The translations under genes and the position numbers were made by a program. The notes beneath the pieces are model-generated. The model was not told where the DNA came from and did not search any database. It was given only the letters and a program-made list of their open reading frames with translations. Positions 50,041 to 63,496 of a DNA stretch of 64,000 bases are shown in pieces. Every line of letters begins with the position of its first letter. Within the stretch, counting starts at the first letter, position 1. This DNA comes from Okamejei kenojei (taxonomy: Eukaryota), in contig CM069155.1 of assembly GCA_035221665.1 (NCBI GenBank), forward strand, positions 30,380,001-30,444,000. Direction: 5' to 3'.

Positions 50041-51103
50041 AAATTTACCAAGTAATTTAAAAACCTAACACATTGCTATTTTTCTTTGCTGGACGATTGA
50101 ATGAAAATAGAAGGACGTGCTTTTGAGAAGTTGACAAATGCCGCAATCATACCTTTAGTATACCACTTAGCATTAGTCTCCTTTTTAAAGTAATGCTATT
50201 AATGCCTTGAGTGCAGTCCAGGGAACATTTTTTACACGATAATCTGAAACAGGCAGGATTGTTGCGGAAGACTGGACGGGCCAGGTTTGCACCTGCTGGA
50301 ATTTAGAAGATCGCGAGGGGATTTGAATGAAACGTAAAATCTTGAGGAGTCTTGATAGAACATATTATTAAGAACACTACGGCACAGGAAGAGCCCCCTC
50401 AGCCCACTGACTAGATGCCATGGCCAACCTTTATCTGCCTGCATATAATCAATATCCTTTCATTCCCGGCATGTCAATATGCCTATCCAAAAGTAATTTT
50501 AAACGCCACTAATGTACTTACTTCAACCACCACCCTCGACTGCGGGTTCCAAGCACTTACTACCCTCTGCGTATAAACATTGCTCCGCATATATCCTTTA
50601 AATTTAGAAATACTGTATCGAGAGGTCAGGTTCCTGCTTAATATTAACGGAGGGTGGATGTGGGGGATGGGGGGTGGGGGACATCCATTTCTGTCAGGGA
50701 TGAGGCGCTGGTTTCCCTCTCACCGTAGTTCATATATTTTGGAAGGCGGAAGTAGATGGATTCCCAACTCTATATAATCATGATTTAACAAAAAAATGAA
50801 GTTCATTCTCCTCCTATGTACTCATTCAATTGAGAATGTGGAGCGAACAGAAAACCGATTCATGTGCAATCAGTCTAAATAGAGGATTAACGCAGATTCA
50901 GTGGTGCTTCTGCGTTGTAACTTTCTATGACTATTTAAACCTCCTCCAGCAGGTCTGCCGCCAGTCGCAAGGCTTCTTCACTTTATTTTCATCGACACAT
51001 CTCAGCCTCATCCATTTCTCATGGTCCCCTCTCCGTTCCACATATATCTATTCCGCGTCTGCCACGCATGCCACCCTTTGTATACATTTATGTGGGGATA
51101 GAT

Positions 51104-52082
51104 CAGGGCCGGATTTAGGTGAAGAGAGGCCCTAGGCCATTCCACTTGTGAGGCCCATCCCAATGCCCCACCCCCACGAGGAGAGGAAGATGGAAGAGTC
51201 CACCAGTTTGACACCGATGTGCAACCGAGCGTGGCCAATGAGATACGGGCTGGAAATCTGCGCTTTTTATTTATTGCCAGTGCTAGTGTCGAGTTATTGG
51301 CTTAAAACACTATTATTCTGAAATGGAGGGGGAAAATTACTGAAGTGGTGATTAGAGACGACAGTGCGTTGTGATAGCAAATGTAAGAAAGGCCAATGAG
51401 AGTGTCAAAAATATTATACACCAGACCCGCACGATGCTTTTCAAAAAGGGGGGTGGCATGGCAGGATTACAAATGTTTTATGTGAAATAAGTGCACGCAG
51501 CGCATATCACAAGCGTGAAGCTCAAAGACCCTGCGGCCAGGGTTCAGGGCCCGCTTAAGGGCCCTGGAAGCTCCGGGGGGTTAGATGCTCTCTGGTGCAT
51601 TCTGAACCTTACTTTGGAGCATTTTTGCACCAAATTGGTAACCAATATTTCAGAAATAATTTTGGTTGAGTCAAGAGTAATGAGTGGTTCGAATGGGATT
51701 ACTGGGCTCTTTGTTGTATATATTTTAAAAAATCAAGAATTGAAGCTGTCCTTGTTTTAATAATCAAGTTGTACTGTAAAATTTTATGTAAAATGTTATA
51801 AAGGAGCATGCAAACATTGCAAGCAAAATATTTTAAGTTATGGTAGTAAATAAAACAATTTTTTAGAAAATGTTTTGTGTGTTGATTTGAAAGTGCTCCA
51901 AATGTTTTTTCTCGAGATTTGTTTTACTGGGAAAAAATACACCTTGACCGGAGGCCTCCTAGATTTTGAGGCCCGAGGCTTCAGCCTATGAAGCCTATGG
52001 GTAAATCCGGCCCTGCCAAGGCTCCCCTAGATCTCGAGGCCCGAAACCTAAGCTTGTGAAGCTTACACGGAAATCCACCCTG
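51104..52082. mobile_element. Non-autonomous hAT-like DNA transposon with an 8-bp TSD
   Basis: TIR CAGGGCCGGATTTA at 51104-51117 and TAAATCCGGCCCTG at 52002-52015, plus a second degenerate right end ending 52082; TSD GGATAGAT at 51096-51103 and 52083-52090. Confidence 0.8.
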
Positions 52083-52541
52083 GGATAGATAGGATTCATG
52101 CAACAGAGTATTGTAGCCAGAGAGGGAAATCAAGAATCAGAGGAAATTGGTTTAAGGTGACGGGAAATATTTAAAAGAAATCTGGGGGGGGGGACATTTC
52201 CACACAGTGGGTGTCGGATGTATGAAATACGTTGTGATATGAGGTAGTTGAGGCAGGTAATCTAACACAAATTCAAGGACACAGACAAATACATGGGCAG
52301 AAAAGGTTTATAGGGATATGGACCACATAGGGGCACGTGGGACTAGCGTAGATGGGGCATCTTGTTGTTTCCATCTTGTTCATGTATTATCCAATAAAAC
52401 CTGCTGAGATGTTGAAATCCAAAATCAATACATATTTCCCAGGTTGTTAAGATTGTGGATATTCCATATCGAGATGCTCGATTACTATTGCCGAAAAGCC
52501 ATCCTGATTACTACGGCATTTACACTCAACTTGGTGTGATA

Positions 52542-53820
52542 TAGTAGCAATGTTACAAAATTTTGAGATTAAAAAAATCAAGTCTGCAATTTAGCCCATC
52601 AGATAGAGCATAAAAAAAAGTTTAATTTGACACATACTTCACTTTCATATCTTCAGTATTAAAAAAAGTTATGGGCACTTTCATATTCGGAAATGAGCAC
52701 CTTGTTCCCTATTGCTTTTCCATTGACTTAACACAAAAGATGTGATGGAGCACAGTCAAAAGCCCATAACTTTCTTAATAATTAAGAGGACTGAATGAAA
52801 TTTTCAGTTATTATAGATTGAAAGCATTCTGAAACAAATACAAAACATCTTACTTGGATGACCTGAAATTAAAGCATATAATTAGTTATTTACCTAATTG
52901 TAGTTAATTACAAAATTGACCGTGGTGAAGGAAATAGTAATAAACACTCAGACTGCCTTGAAAATTCAAAAATGTGATAATCTCAAGATCAGAACTTTAA
53001 TATTATTGTATATGCTCAAATCCGTAACAGATAAGTAAATAAATTACAATTTCTAGCAATACCCTTTATGGAGAAGATCAGTTGCAAGCTGGTACATTGG
53101 CATATCATAATCAGTAGCATCATCATACTCCTCAGATTGTAACCATTAACCAAGTCTGTACACCTTGGTTTTCCTCAACTTTTCAATTTTGGCATTGTAA
53201 ACTGCAAGTTTTTGCTCTTCAAACCACGCATGACATGCCTTTCTACCCACTACTGTCCTGTAGATTCCATTTCTTAAGAAAAGGATATATTTTTTAAATA
53301 GCCTAAGTATCCAAATAACAAACTAATCCCATTCACACAAGAATTCACAATATAACATGATTTTTAAATCTCACTGTCATGAATTTATATGCCAGATGGA
53401 AGGAATTTAATGATTATTTCCCATAAATTAATCTAGAAACATCCCCAATATAATCAAAATTATTTTTTTTCTGCACAATACATGGGGCTTAAACTGATAT
53501 TTAGTATAAAAATATTGTCAATGGATAGACAATTATACAAAATATAGACGATTTAGATGCTCTTATGACTTGATTGTCCAAAGATAAAGCATTTAAATCA
53601 TCTTGCAAGTGGGTTTTTCAGGAATGCGGTCGATTGGAACGTTGCATTTGCAGTAAATGAACGCCATATTGTCAGGAAAAACACTGCCGGTTCATGTGGG
53701 GCCCAAATCAAATTTTCGCAACGTAAAATTAGATTAAAGCCATCCCAAGAAGCAAGTTTATATGTAAAATAGACGACACCCTTTGGTTTGTTCTGTTCTC
53801 GAACCGTCACGTTGCACGCT
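52542..53820. mobile_element. Second copy of the TIR element at 34499, longer internally and truncated on the right
   Basis: Collinear high similarity to 34499-35200, with extra internal segments. Confidence 0.65.
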
Positions 53821-54192
53821 TTGAGGACGTTCGAAGTCATTTTTCCACTCCCTGTCTCACGGTGCGAGTTGACCCATGAAATTTGAGGAAGGACATTCTT
53901 GCTATTGAGGGAGTGCAATGTGGTGGTTGACGACTGTGTTTCCTCACTTGTGGCTACACGCCCAAAATTTAGAATTAGCTGGAAACAGCTTTGGACACCC
54001 CGAAGGGAATGTGATCCACATTGGCGCATGTTCATTTCTTTGATAACCATGCATTGGTATATGTTTTGATACCAAATATATACACAAATTCGTAGGTGTC
54101 AGAATTTATGGGGAGAATGCAGTAGGAAGGGGTTAGGGGAGAGAGATAGATCAGCCACGATTGAATGCTCGAGCATACTTGATGGGCCGAAT

Positions 54193-55049
54193 AGAGAATA
54201 GACAATAGGTGCAGGAGGAGGCCATTCAGCCCTTCGAGCCAGCACTGCCATTCAATGTGATTATGGCTGATAATCCGCAATCAGTACCCGGTTCCTGCCT
54301 CTCCCCATATCCCCTGATTCCGCTATTTTAAGAGCCCTATTTAGCTCTCGCTTGAAAGCATCCAGAGAACCTGCCTCCACCGCAATCTGAGGCAGAGAAT
54401 TACATAGACTCACCACTCTCTGTGAGAAAAAATGTTTCCTCGTCTCCGTTCTAAATGGCTTACTCCTTATTCTTAAGCTGTGGCCCCTAGTTTTGGACTC
54501 CATCACCATCGGGAACATGTTCCCTGCCTCTAGCATGTCCAAACCCATAACAATCTTACATGTTTCAATGAGATCGCCTCTCATCCTTCTAAACTCCAGG
54601 TGTACAAGCCCAGTTGCTCTATTCTCTCAGTATATGACAGTCCCGCCATCCCGGGAATTAACCTTGTAAACCTACGCTGCACTCCCTCAATAGCAAGAAT
54701 GTCCTTCCTCAAATTAGGGGACCGAAACTGCACACAGTTCTCCAAGTGTGGTCTCACTAGGGCTCTGTACAACTACAGAAGGACCTCTTTGCTCCAATAT
54801 TCGATTCCTCTTGTTATAGTGGCCAGCAAGCCATTCGCTTTCTTCACTGCCTGTTGTACCTGCATGCTTACTTTCATACACTGATGTACAAGGACCCCCA
54901 GATCCCGTTGTACTTCACGTTTTTCCCAAATTGACGCCATTTAGAGAGTAATCTGCCTTCCTGTTTTTGCTACCAATGTGGATAACCTCACATTTATCCG
55001 CATTCAACTGCAGAAGGACCTCTTTGCTCTTATACTCAACTCTTCTTGG
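54193..55049 (-). mobile_element. CR1 LINE 3' fragment
   Basis: LYRALVRPHLE..RRFTRLIPGM..FFSQRVVSL; ctatt tail. Confidence 0.85.
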
Positions 55050-55205
55050 TATTTTATTTTGGAATCACAAAGACCCCGCCAGCATGCATGCACGACATAT
55101 CGTCGCGCGCATTTGCCTCGACAAGCTAGGGGGGGAGTGCGCTCTCTCTACCAGCTCCTTCAAAAGGCCGTTGAGGTAAGTCCACTAACCTTTACTTGGT
55201 ACAGA

Positions 55206-57018
55206 ATGGACTCCAAAGGCAAACGGAAGGCGACACTCTCCAGGAGCCGCGGGTCATCGACTAGCCAGCGGCCCCTTTCACCGGAGCTGCGAGCACCACC
55301 GGCAGCATCCGGGCGGTCAGGGGTAAGAGTGCGGAAGTCGGGTGCTTCCGTTACACCAGCGCCCGCTTATCACCTGAATGGATGTCCGCACAGGAGCTGG
55401 ATATTACCGACCCAGACTTCGTGCCTCCATCCCCCAGGAAGCGGGGGAGCAGACAGGTACGTGGACAGGTGCCTTGCTTGTCGCCAGCGACCTCACCCCG
55501 AGTTGCAGTGGATCCACGGGGACCGGGCCGGGGAACGGCTGCACTACAGGGGAGCCCAGCAGCCGCAGCACGCCATGTACAGCTGCCGGGGATATCTGTC
55601 GTAGGGCAGTCTGGCAGAGCTACTGCTGCATTGAACAGCCCTGCAGGAGCAGGTGCTGCCGGCACAACACCTCGTCAGGCTGCGGTCAAGGGCGCCGGTG
55701 GCAGCAGTAGATGGTCGGTTAGCTTAGCTCTGGCAGCTGCCGACCATGCACCTCCACGCAGAACATTGGGCGACAGTGGAGGTAAGCCTGCACGGACTCC
55801 GGGGAGCCAAGTTCCAGGGGCCGGCGCCGATTCATCTCCACTGCCTTCCTACCAGGCAGGAGGGCCGCCACAGTCTGCTCAAAGGCCGACAAGCAGAGAG
55901 TCTATGCGGGAGTCGTATGAGCCTACAGGGGCGGTAGGCCATGACAACATGCCTTCGGACCCTAATCTGCATCTTACGGAGGTGTGGTCCATTGGTAGAA
56001 GCCCCAGAGAATTTGCAGAGCCTGGGGAAGTTGGCTTGTCCACCGCGAGTAGTGGGGACAGTCGCATTGAGCGGTTGGAGCTCTTGGTGGAGCAACTCCT
56101 CCAGCGGGACAGAGACTGGGATGAACGGGAGTCTCGGGCTCCTACTAGCCACGCCAGGAGCCCGCTCAGCCTCTCGTCTTCTCCAGCCAGGAGTGCCAGC
56201 AGTTGTCCGGCCGCTGCCTTCGAAGACGACCCGGGACTGCCGGAGACCGCAGAGCCGGTACACGATGAGGATATGCTGGACGTGGTGGGTAAATTTGCCA
56301 CGGCTACACACACTGGGGAACCCCTGCACCACAAACTGGCAGGCACCATTAATTACCTGACCACTCACCAGCTTCAGGGTCAGGTACTTAATGAGACCAT
56401 GGATAAATTTAAACCACCTGAGAACTGCATCAATCTCAGTGTTCCTACGGTTAATGCCCAGATCTGGGAACACTTGAGCACGACCACCAAGATGCAGGAC
56501 GTCCGTCTCCAGCGGATCCTGAAGCTCCTCTCGATGGGCATTACGGCGTATGCCAGGACCCTCGATGGGATAATGTGTCCAGCGAGCAGCAGGATGCCCT
56601 GGCACTTCTCTGCAACGCCCAGTTTGAAATCAACTGCCTGCGCAAGAGCTCCATCCGGCCCACCCTCAACCTGAAATTTGCGGGGTTGTGCCGTCCCTCC
56701 AGCGCTCCACCACCTCATCAACTGTTTGGGGAAGACCTCTTCAAGCAAGGCAAAGATTTCGACGACGAGGCCAAAACTGTGGGCCTTATGAAACCTCCCC
56801 CGGCTAAAGTCCACCCATATCACCGTCAAGAACCACACACTACTTGGAAGCAGCGCCAGCCGGATAGGACACCAAGGACCTATCCGCCTCCACTTCCCCA
56901 ACCGCAGCGGCCTTTTTTAGGGCAAGGCCTGCAGTGGCCCGCATGGAAGATGCGGCCACTGTCACGACAACCACCGCAACGTCCCCCCAAAACACCATAC
57001 GCCAGGACCCGCTGTTAA
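55206..57018 (+). pseudogene. DIRS ORF1 (gag-like), frameshifted
   Basis: Long low-complexity ORFs (430 aa and 147 aa) including FKPPENCINLSVPTVNAQIW and LFGEDL, upstream of RT. Confidence 0.7.
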
Positions 57019-57059
57019 CCTTGGAGGTAAGGGGGTCTGGTTCCTCTCAGGCAGTAGCA

Positions 57060-58270
57060 CTTCTTCCTGCACAAGTCGGGGGACGGTTGCGGGCATTTAG
57101 GGGAGCTTGGAATACAATCACCACTGACGAGTTTATTCTACAAAGTGTTCACGGTTATGTCATAGAATTTATTGATGGTCAACTTCCCCCTACCCAGCAT
57201 GCACCTCAGCGATATTTTACACTCTCTGCATCGATTTAAAAGATGCATACTATACAGTTCCCATCATAGATTCACACAGAAAGTTCCTGAAATTTGTCTG
57301 GAAGGGACAGTTTTGGCAATACAAAGCATTACCTAATGGGCGCACCACGGCCCCCAGACTATTTACCAAATTAGTGAAACCTATATTGGCCCTCCTTCGA
57401 CAACAAAATTATATTGTCATGGCGTATTTAGATGATATCCTTATCGTGGGTCAGACCCTCCAATTGGCTACACTGGCAGTTACAGTGACCAAATCTTTAT
57501 TCGAGAAGCTAGGGTTTGTAACCCATCCAGACAAATCCAAACTGCACCCCTCTCAAATTATGGATTACCTGGGTTTCACCCTTGACACAACCTTAATGAT
57601 GATCACTATCCCGACCAACAAAGCTATCGCCATAAAAGATATGGTGATAGCAGCCTTGCTTGCGCCAGGGTTCTGACTATCCGGCAAACGGCAAAGGTGA
57701 TTGGGAAGCTGGTAGCTACATTCTCAGCCATGCAATTCGGACCGTTACATTACCAAAATTTACAAAGAGCAAAGATTGCAGCATTAAAAGCAAATGCTGG
57801 GCACTTTGATTGACCAATCCGGTTGCCACAACAGGCTAGAGCTGAGCTACAATGGTGGATTGACAATATTAGTGAGTGTCACAGACCCATCATTGTTAGC
57901 AACCCATCCGTCGTGCTACAGACTGACGCAAGCGCACAAGGCTGGGGTGCAACTGACACCATGTCCATTTCTGGTGGCAAATGGGACCCTCACGAGTCTA
58001 CCCTCCTCCAGACACAAGGGATAAATTACTTGGAGATGTTAGGGGTTTTCCATGGACTACGGGTTACTGTACTAACTCACGGGACTTACATGTCCGCCTC
58101 CAAATAGATAACACAACGGTGGTGGCTTATATCAATCATATGGGTGGTATCAGGTCGTTATCTTGTGATGAATTGGCAAACACAATTTGGCACTAGTGCA
58201 TCGAGAGAAATATTTGGATCACAGTGACCTATTTGCCAGGGAAGCTCAATACAGTGGCGGACACCAGGTG
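57060..58270 (+). pseudogene. DIRS reverse transcriptase and RNase H, disrupted
   Basis: VGGRLRAF..W; IDLKDAYYTVP; MAYLDDILI; LQTDASAQGWGA; INYLE; IDNTTVVAYINHMGG; frameshifts, stops and an apparent deletion near 57230. Confidence 0.88.
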
Positions 58271-58274
58271 ACGA

Positions 58275-58620
58275 GTGTTCAATGACAACATCGAGTGGAT
58301 GTTGAACCCCCAAATCTTTGCTGAAATTATAGCTCACTATGGGACACCAGATATTGACCTCTTTGCATCCAGGTTGAACCATCAGATACCAACGTATGTG
58401 TCTTGGGAACCAGATCCTGGGGCAGTAGCTATGGATGTTTTTTTCTCTCCATTGGGGGAAATGGTTTTGCTACGCATTTCCCCCATTCTGCCTCATCAGT
58501 CGGGTATTGCAGAAAATTCAACTGGATTCTGCAACTGGCATTTTGATCATACCCGACTGGCCTACACAGCCATGGTATCCGATGGTCCTCAAAATCTTGA
58601 AAGATCCATGGCTTCAGATT
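58275..58620 (+). pseudogene. DIRS DNA N6-adenine methyltransferase-like domain, frameshifted
   Basis: EWML..GTPDIDLFASRLNHQ..YVSW.PDPGAVAMD and YAFPPF..VLQKI..LIIPDWPTQPWYP. Confidence 0.8.
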
Positions 58621-58699
58621 GGTCAAGGCCGGCATATCACCAAGAGCCATGGAACTCATCTTAGCATCATGCCGAGCATCAACCAGGAGGCAGTACCTC

Positions 58700-59542
58700 A
58701 CACAGATCCTGAACCAACACGACCTCCAACTCGGCAACAATCCCTGATGTCCTGGAATTCCTAGCAGGCCTTCATTACGATGCTGGCCTTAACTACAGTG
58801 CCATCAACAGCGCCAGGAGTGCACTGTCCTCATACCTGGACATAGGTATAGGCTCCAACCACATGGTGTCTAAATTCATGAGGGGAGTGTTTAACACCAA
58901 CCCTCCAAGGCCCAGATACAACTTCACCTGGGACGTAGGGATCGTTCTGACCCTACTGAGGATCTGGTGTCCTATGACCGAGTTACCACTCAAACAGCTC
59001 ACCCTCACAGTGGTGATGCTGATGGCACTGACTACAGCTCAACGTGTCCAGGCATTACAAAAGCTGTGGCTGGATAGCATGGTCTCCACCCCTACACAGG
59101 TGACTTTCTTTGTCCAGGACCTATTGAAGCAGCACAGACCTGGGGCTCATGGGCTGCAGTTGGAGTTTCGGGCGTACCCCACTGATGCCACCCTCTGCAT
59201 AGTCACCCATCTTCGCCTCTACATCCGCAATACACGAACCATCCGGAAGATGGGGCAGGGGTCCTCATCAGCCACAAACCTCCGCATCACCGGGTGACTG
59301 TGCAGACTATCGCCAGGTGGTTCAGGGCAGAGTTGGGTGCAGCAGGAGTAGCTACTAACATTTTTAAATCTCACTCTACTAGGGCTGCATCCACATCAGT
59401 GGCGAGGGCCATGGAGGTGCCCATGGACCACAACCCCGCCACCGCGGGCTGGGCTAGTGAAGCAACCTTCCAAAGGTTCTACAACAAACCACTGGTAGCC
59501 CCCGCAACGTTCACAGAAGCCGTGCTGGGAGCCGCTCAGTGA
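58700..59542 (+). pseudogene. DIRS tyrosine recombinase, frameshifted
   Basis: YSAINSARSALS, RPRY..TWDV, ALTTAQRV (catalytic R), HSTR (HxxR), AGW..TFQRFY (catalytic Y). Confidence 0.9.
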
Positions 59543-60176
59543 ATGTTTGTCCCCGGGTTCGGGGTTATTTATTTGTTATTATTTGTGCAATAAATATGCA
59601 TTATTTTTCAGCCTGTTCAGACTGGACTGCATTAACAGCCTTCCTCCATCAGGATTGCGGCAGTGTGTTAGCATGGACGTTGTCCAGGGCGTGAAATCAC
59701 AGAGCTTTGAAATCTTCATGAAGTCACTCACGTGACTCAAAAATAAAATAGTAAGATTAAACGAGAACTTACCAAGTTCGAAGGTTGATCTCTATTTTAT
59801 GAGGAGTTGCGGTGAGGGATTTCATGCCCTGCGCTCCCACCCTCTATCATAAGGTCAACTGGTATGTTCTATGTTCTTAATCTTACTATTTCCAGACATG
59901 GTGCGTTCTGTGATTCCACACCGCTGCTTTGAAGGATGTTGCGCATGCGTGCTGGTGGGGTCTTCACGAAATCCCTCACTGCAACTCCTCATAAAATAAA
60001 GATCAACCTTCGAACTTGGCAAGTTCTCATTTAATTTTGCTATCAAATGTTATGGGTTATGGGTGTTATCACCAACCTGTGATAAAGAAGCACATTCCAG
60101 TGATAACAAAAGCTACCAAAATTATTTAAGATAAATGTCAATACTTCCACATTAACGGGATGTCCCATATATGAAC

Positions 60177-61075
60177 ACAGAAACATCGAAATTAGGTGCA
60201 GGAGTAGGCCATTCGGCTCTTTGAGCCTGCACCGCCATTCAATATGATCATGGCTGATCATCCAACTCAGTATCCCGCACCTGCCTTCTCTCCATACCCC
60301 CTGATCCCCTTAGCCACAAGGGCCACATCTAACTCCCTCTTAAATATAGCCAATGAACTGGCCTCAACTACCCTCTGTGGCAGAGAGTTCCAGAGACTCA
60401 CCACTCTCTGTGTGAAAAAAGTCTTTCTCATCTCGGTCTTAAAGGATTTCCCCCTTATCCTTAAGTTGTGACCCCTTGTCCTGGACTTCCCCAACATCGG
60501 AAACAATCTTCCTGCATCTAGCCTGTCCAACCCCTTAAGAATTTTGTAAGTTGCTATAAGATCCCCTCTCAATCTCCTATATTCTAGAGAGTATAAACCG
60601 AGTCTATCCAGTCTTTCTTCATAAGACAGTCCTGACATCCCAGGAATCAGACTGGTGAACCTTCTCTGCACTCCCTCTATGGCAATAATGTCCTTCCTCA
60701 GATTTGGAGACCAGAACTGTATGCAATACTCCAGGTGTGGTCTCACCAAGACCCTATACAACTGAAGTAGAACCTCCCTGCTCCTATACTCAAATCCTTT
60801 AGCTATGAAAGCTAACATACCATTCGCTTTCTTCACTGCCTGCTGCACCTGCATGCCTAATTTAAATGACTGGTGTACCATGACACCCAGTTCTCGCTGC
60901 ATCTCCCCTTTTCCTAATCGGCCACCATTCAAATAATAGTCTACCTTCCTGTTTTTGCCACCAAAGTGGATAACCTCACATTTATCCACATTATACTGCA
61001 TGTGCCAAATATTTGCCCACTCACCCAGCCTATCCAAGTCACCTGGCAGTCTCCGAGCATCCTCCTCACAGCTAA

Positions 61076-61129
<54 letters not shown>

Positions 61130-63265
61130 AGCTTTGTGTCATCCGCAAACTTGGAGATATTGCCTTCAATTCCCACATCCAGATCATTAATATATATTGT
61201 AAATAGCTGGGGTCCCAGCACTGAGCCTTGCGGTACCCCACTAGTCACTGCTTGCCATTGTGAAAATGACCCGTTTACTCCTACTCTTTGCTTCCTGTTT
61301 GCCAGCCAGTTCTCTATCCACATCAATACTGAACCCCCAATGCCGTATGCTTTAAGTTTGTATACTAATCACTTATGTGGGACCTTGTCGAAAGCCTTCT
61401 GGAAATCCAGATACACCACATCCACTGTCCTCTATCCACGCTACTAGTTACATCCTATCAAAATTCCACAAGATTCATCAGACATGATTTACCTTTCGTA
61501 AAACCATGCTGACTTTGTCCAATGACTTCACCACTTTCCAAATGTGCTGCTATCCCATTTTTAATAACTGACTCTAGCAGTTTTCCCACTACTGATGTTA
61601 GACTAACTGGTCTGTAATTCCCCGTTTTCTCTCTCCCTCCCTTCTTAAAAAGAGGGGTTACGTTTGCTACCTGCCAATCCTCAGGAACTACTCCAGAATC
61701 TAAAGAGTTTTGAAAGATTATCACTAATGCATCCACTATTTCCGGAGCTACTTCCTTAAGTACTCTGGGATGCAGCCCATCTGGCCCTGGGGATTTATCG
61801 GCCTTTAATCCATTCAATTTACCCAACACCACTTCGCGACTAACCTGGATTTCACTCAATTCCTCCTTTGATCTGCGGTCCCCTGCTATTTCCGGCAGAT
61901 TAGTTATGTATTCTTAAGTGAAGACGGAACCAAAGTAGTTATTCAATTCGTCCACCATATCCTTGTTCCCCATGATCAACTCACCTGTTCTGACTGCAAG
62001 GAACCTACATTTGTTTTAACTAATCTCTTTCTCTTCACATATCTATAAAAACATTTGCAGTCAGTTTTTATGTTCCCTGCCAGCTTCATAATCTATTTTT
62101 CCTTTCCTAATTAAGCCCTTTGTCCTCCTCAGCTGGTCTCAGAATTTCTCCCAGTCCTCTGGCATGCTGCTTTTTCTGGCTACTTTGTACGCATCATCCT
62201 TTGCTTTGATATTATCCCTGGTTTCCCTTGTTATCCACGGATGCACTACCTTCCCTGGTTTATTCTTTTGCCAAACTGGAATGAACAATTTTTGTAGTTC
62301 ATCCATGCAGTCTTTAAATGTCTTCCATTGCATATCCACTGTCAACTCTTTTAGAATTAATTGCCAGTCAATCTTGGCCAATTCACGTCTCATACCCTCA
62401 AGGTTACCTTTCTTTAAGTTCAGAACCATTGTTTCTGAATTAACAATGTCACTCTCCATCCTAATGAAGAACTTGACCATATTATGGTCACTCTTGCCCA
62501 AGGGGACATGTACAACAAGACTGGTAACTAACCCTTCCTCATTACTCAATACCCGGTCTAAAATAGCCTGTTCTCTCGTTGGTTCCTCTACATGTTGATT
62601 TAGATAACCATCCCGCATACATTCCAAAAAATTCTCTTCCTCAGCACAACTGCCAATTTGATTCACCCAATCTATATGTAGATTGAAGTCACCCATTATA
62701 ACTGTTTGCCTTTGTTGCACGCATTTCTAATTTCCTGTTTGAGACCATCTCCAACTTCACTACTACTGTTAGGTGGCCTGTACACAACACCCACCAGAGT
62801 TTTCTGCCCCTTAGTGTTTCGCAGCTCTACCCGTACCGATTCCACATCCTCCAAGCTAATGTCCTTCCTTTATTGCGTTAATCTCCTCTCTAACCAGCAA
62901 CGCTATCCCACCTCCTCTTACTTTCTCTCTGTCCCTCCTGAATATTGAATATATTTGGATGTTCAGCTCCCAGCCTTGGTCACCCTGGAGCCATGTCTCC
63001 GTGATCCCAACTATATTATAATCATTAATAGCTATCTGCACGTTCAACTCATCCACCTTATTACGAATACTCCTTGCATTGAGACACAAAGCCTTCAGGC
63101 TTGTTTTTACAACGCTCTTATCTCCTGTACAATTATGTTGAAAAGTGGCCCTTTTTGATTTTTGCCCTGGTTTTGTCTGACTGCCACTTTTATTTTTCAC
63201 CTTGCTCCCTATTGCTTCTACCCTCATTTTACACCCACCTGCCTCTCTGCTATTGTACCATCCCG
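60177..63265 (-). mobile_element. Long, young CR1 LINE (APE endonuclease through 3' end) with frameshifts
   Basis: [51 protein letters not shown] and the CR1 3' tail. Confidence 0.93.
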
Positions 63266-63496
63266 CTGCCAAATGGTCTACCTGCAGCGCCACCGTAGTC
63301 AACACCCGGGTATTCCGATCGGTGGAGTGAGGGCTGACTGAGATTCCTTTAGATACTATTTAATCTCCTGCTGGACCTATGGGCTCATTCATTTGAAAGA
63401 AGGTTCTGGGGCCCAAACTGAAGACTAGCTACATGTTTATTTATTTCAAATTTCTGATGTTTCATCTTTGATATTTCATGTTTCATATTTTATTCT

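Larger units (their letters stand above)
55050..60043 (+). mobile_element. DIRS1-type tyrosine-recombinase retrotransposon; termini complete, ORFs decayed
   Basis: Gag-like, RT/RNase H, methyltransferase-like and YR regions in order; inverted termini; internal complementary region 59732-59823 matches both ends; begins and ends with TAT. Confidence 0.92.

Noticed and set aside
55832-56901. Long antisense ORFs inside DIRS ORF1
   Set aside because: Expected shadows of GC-rich coding sequence.
61081-61128. Long poly-C run giving poly-Gly/poly-Pro ORFs
   Set aside because: It replaces a short ccaccc in CR1; homopolymer expansion or assembly artefact, not coding.
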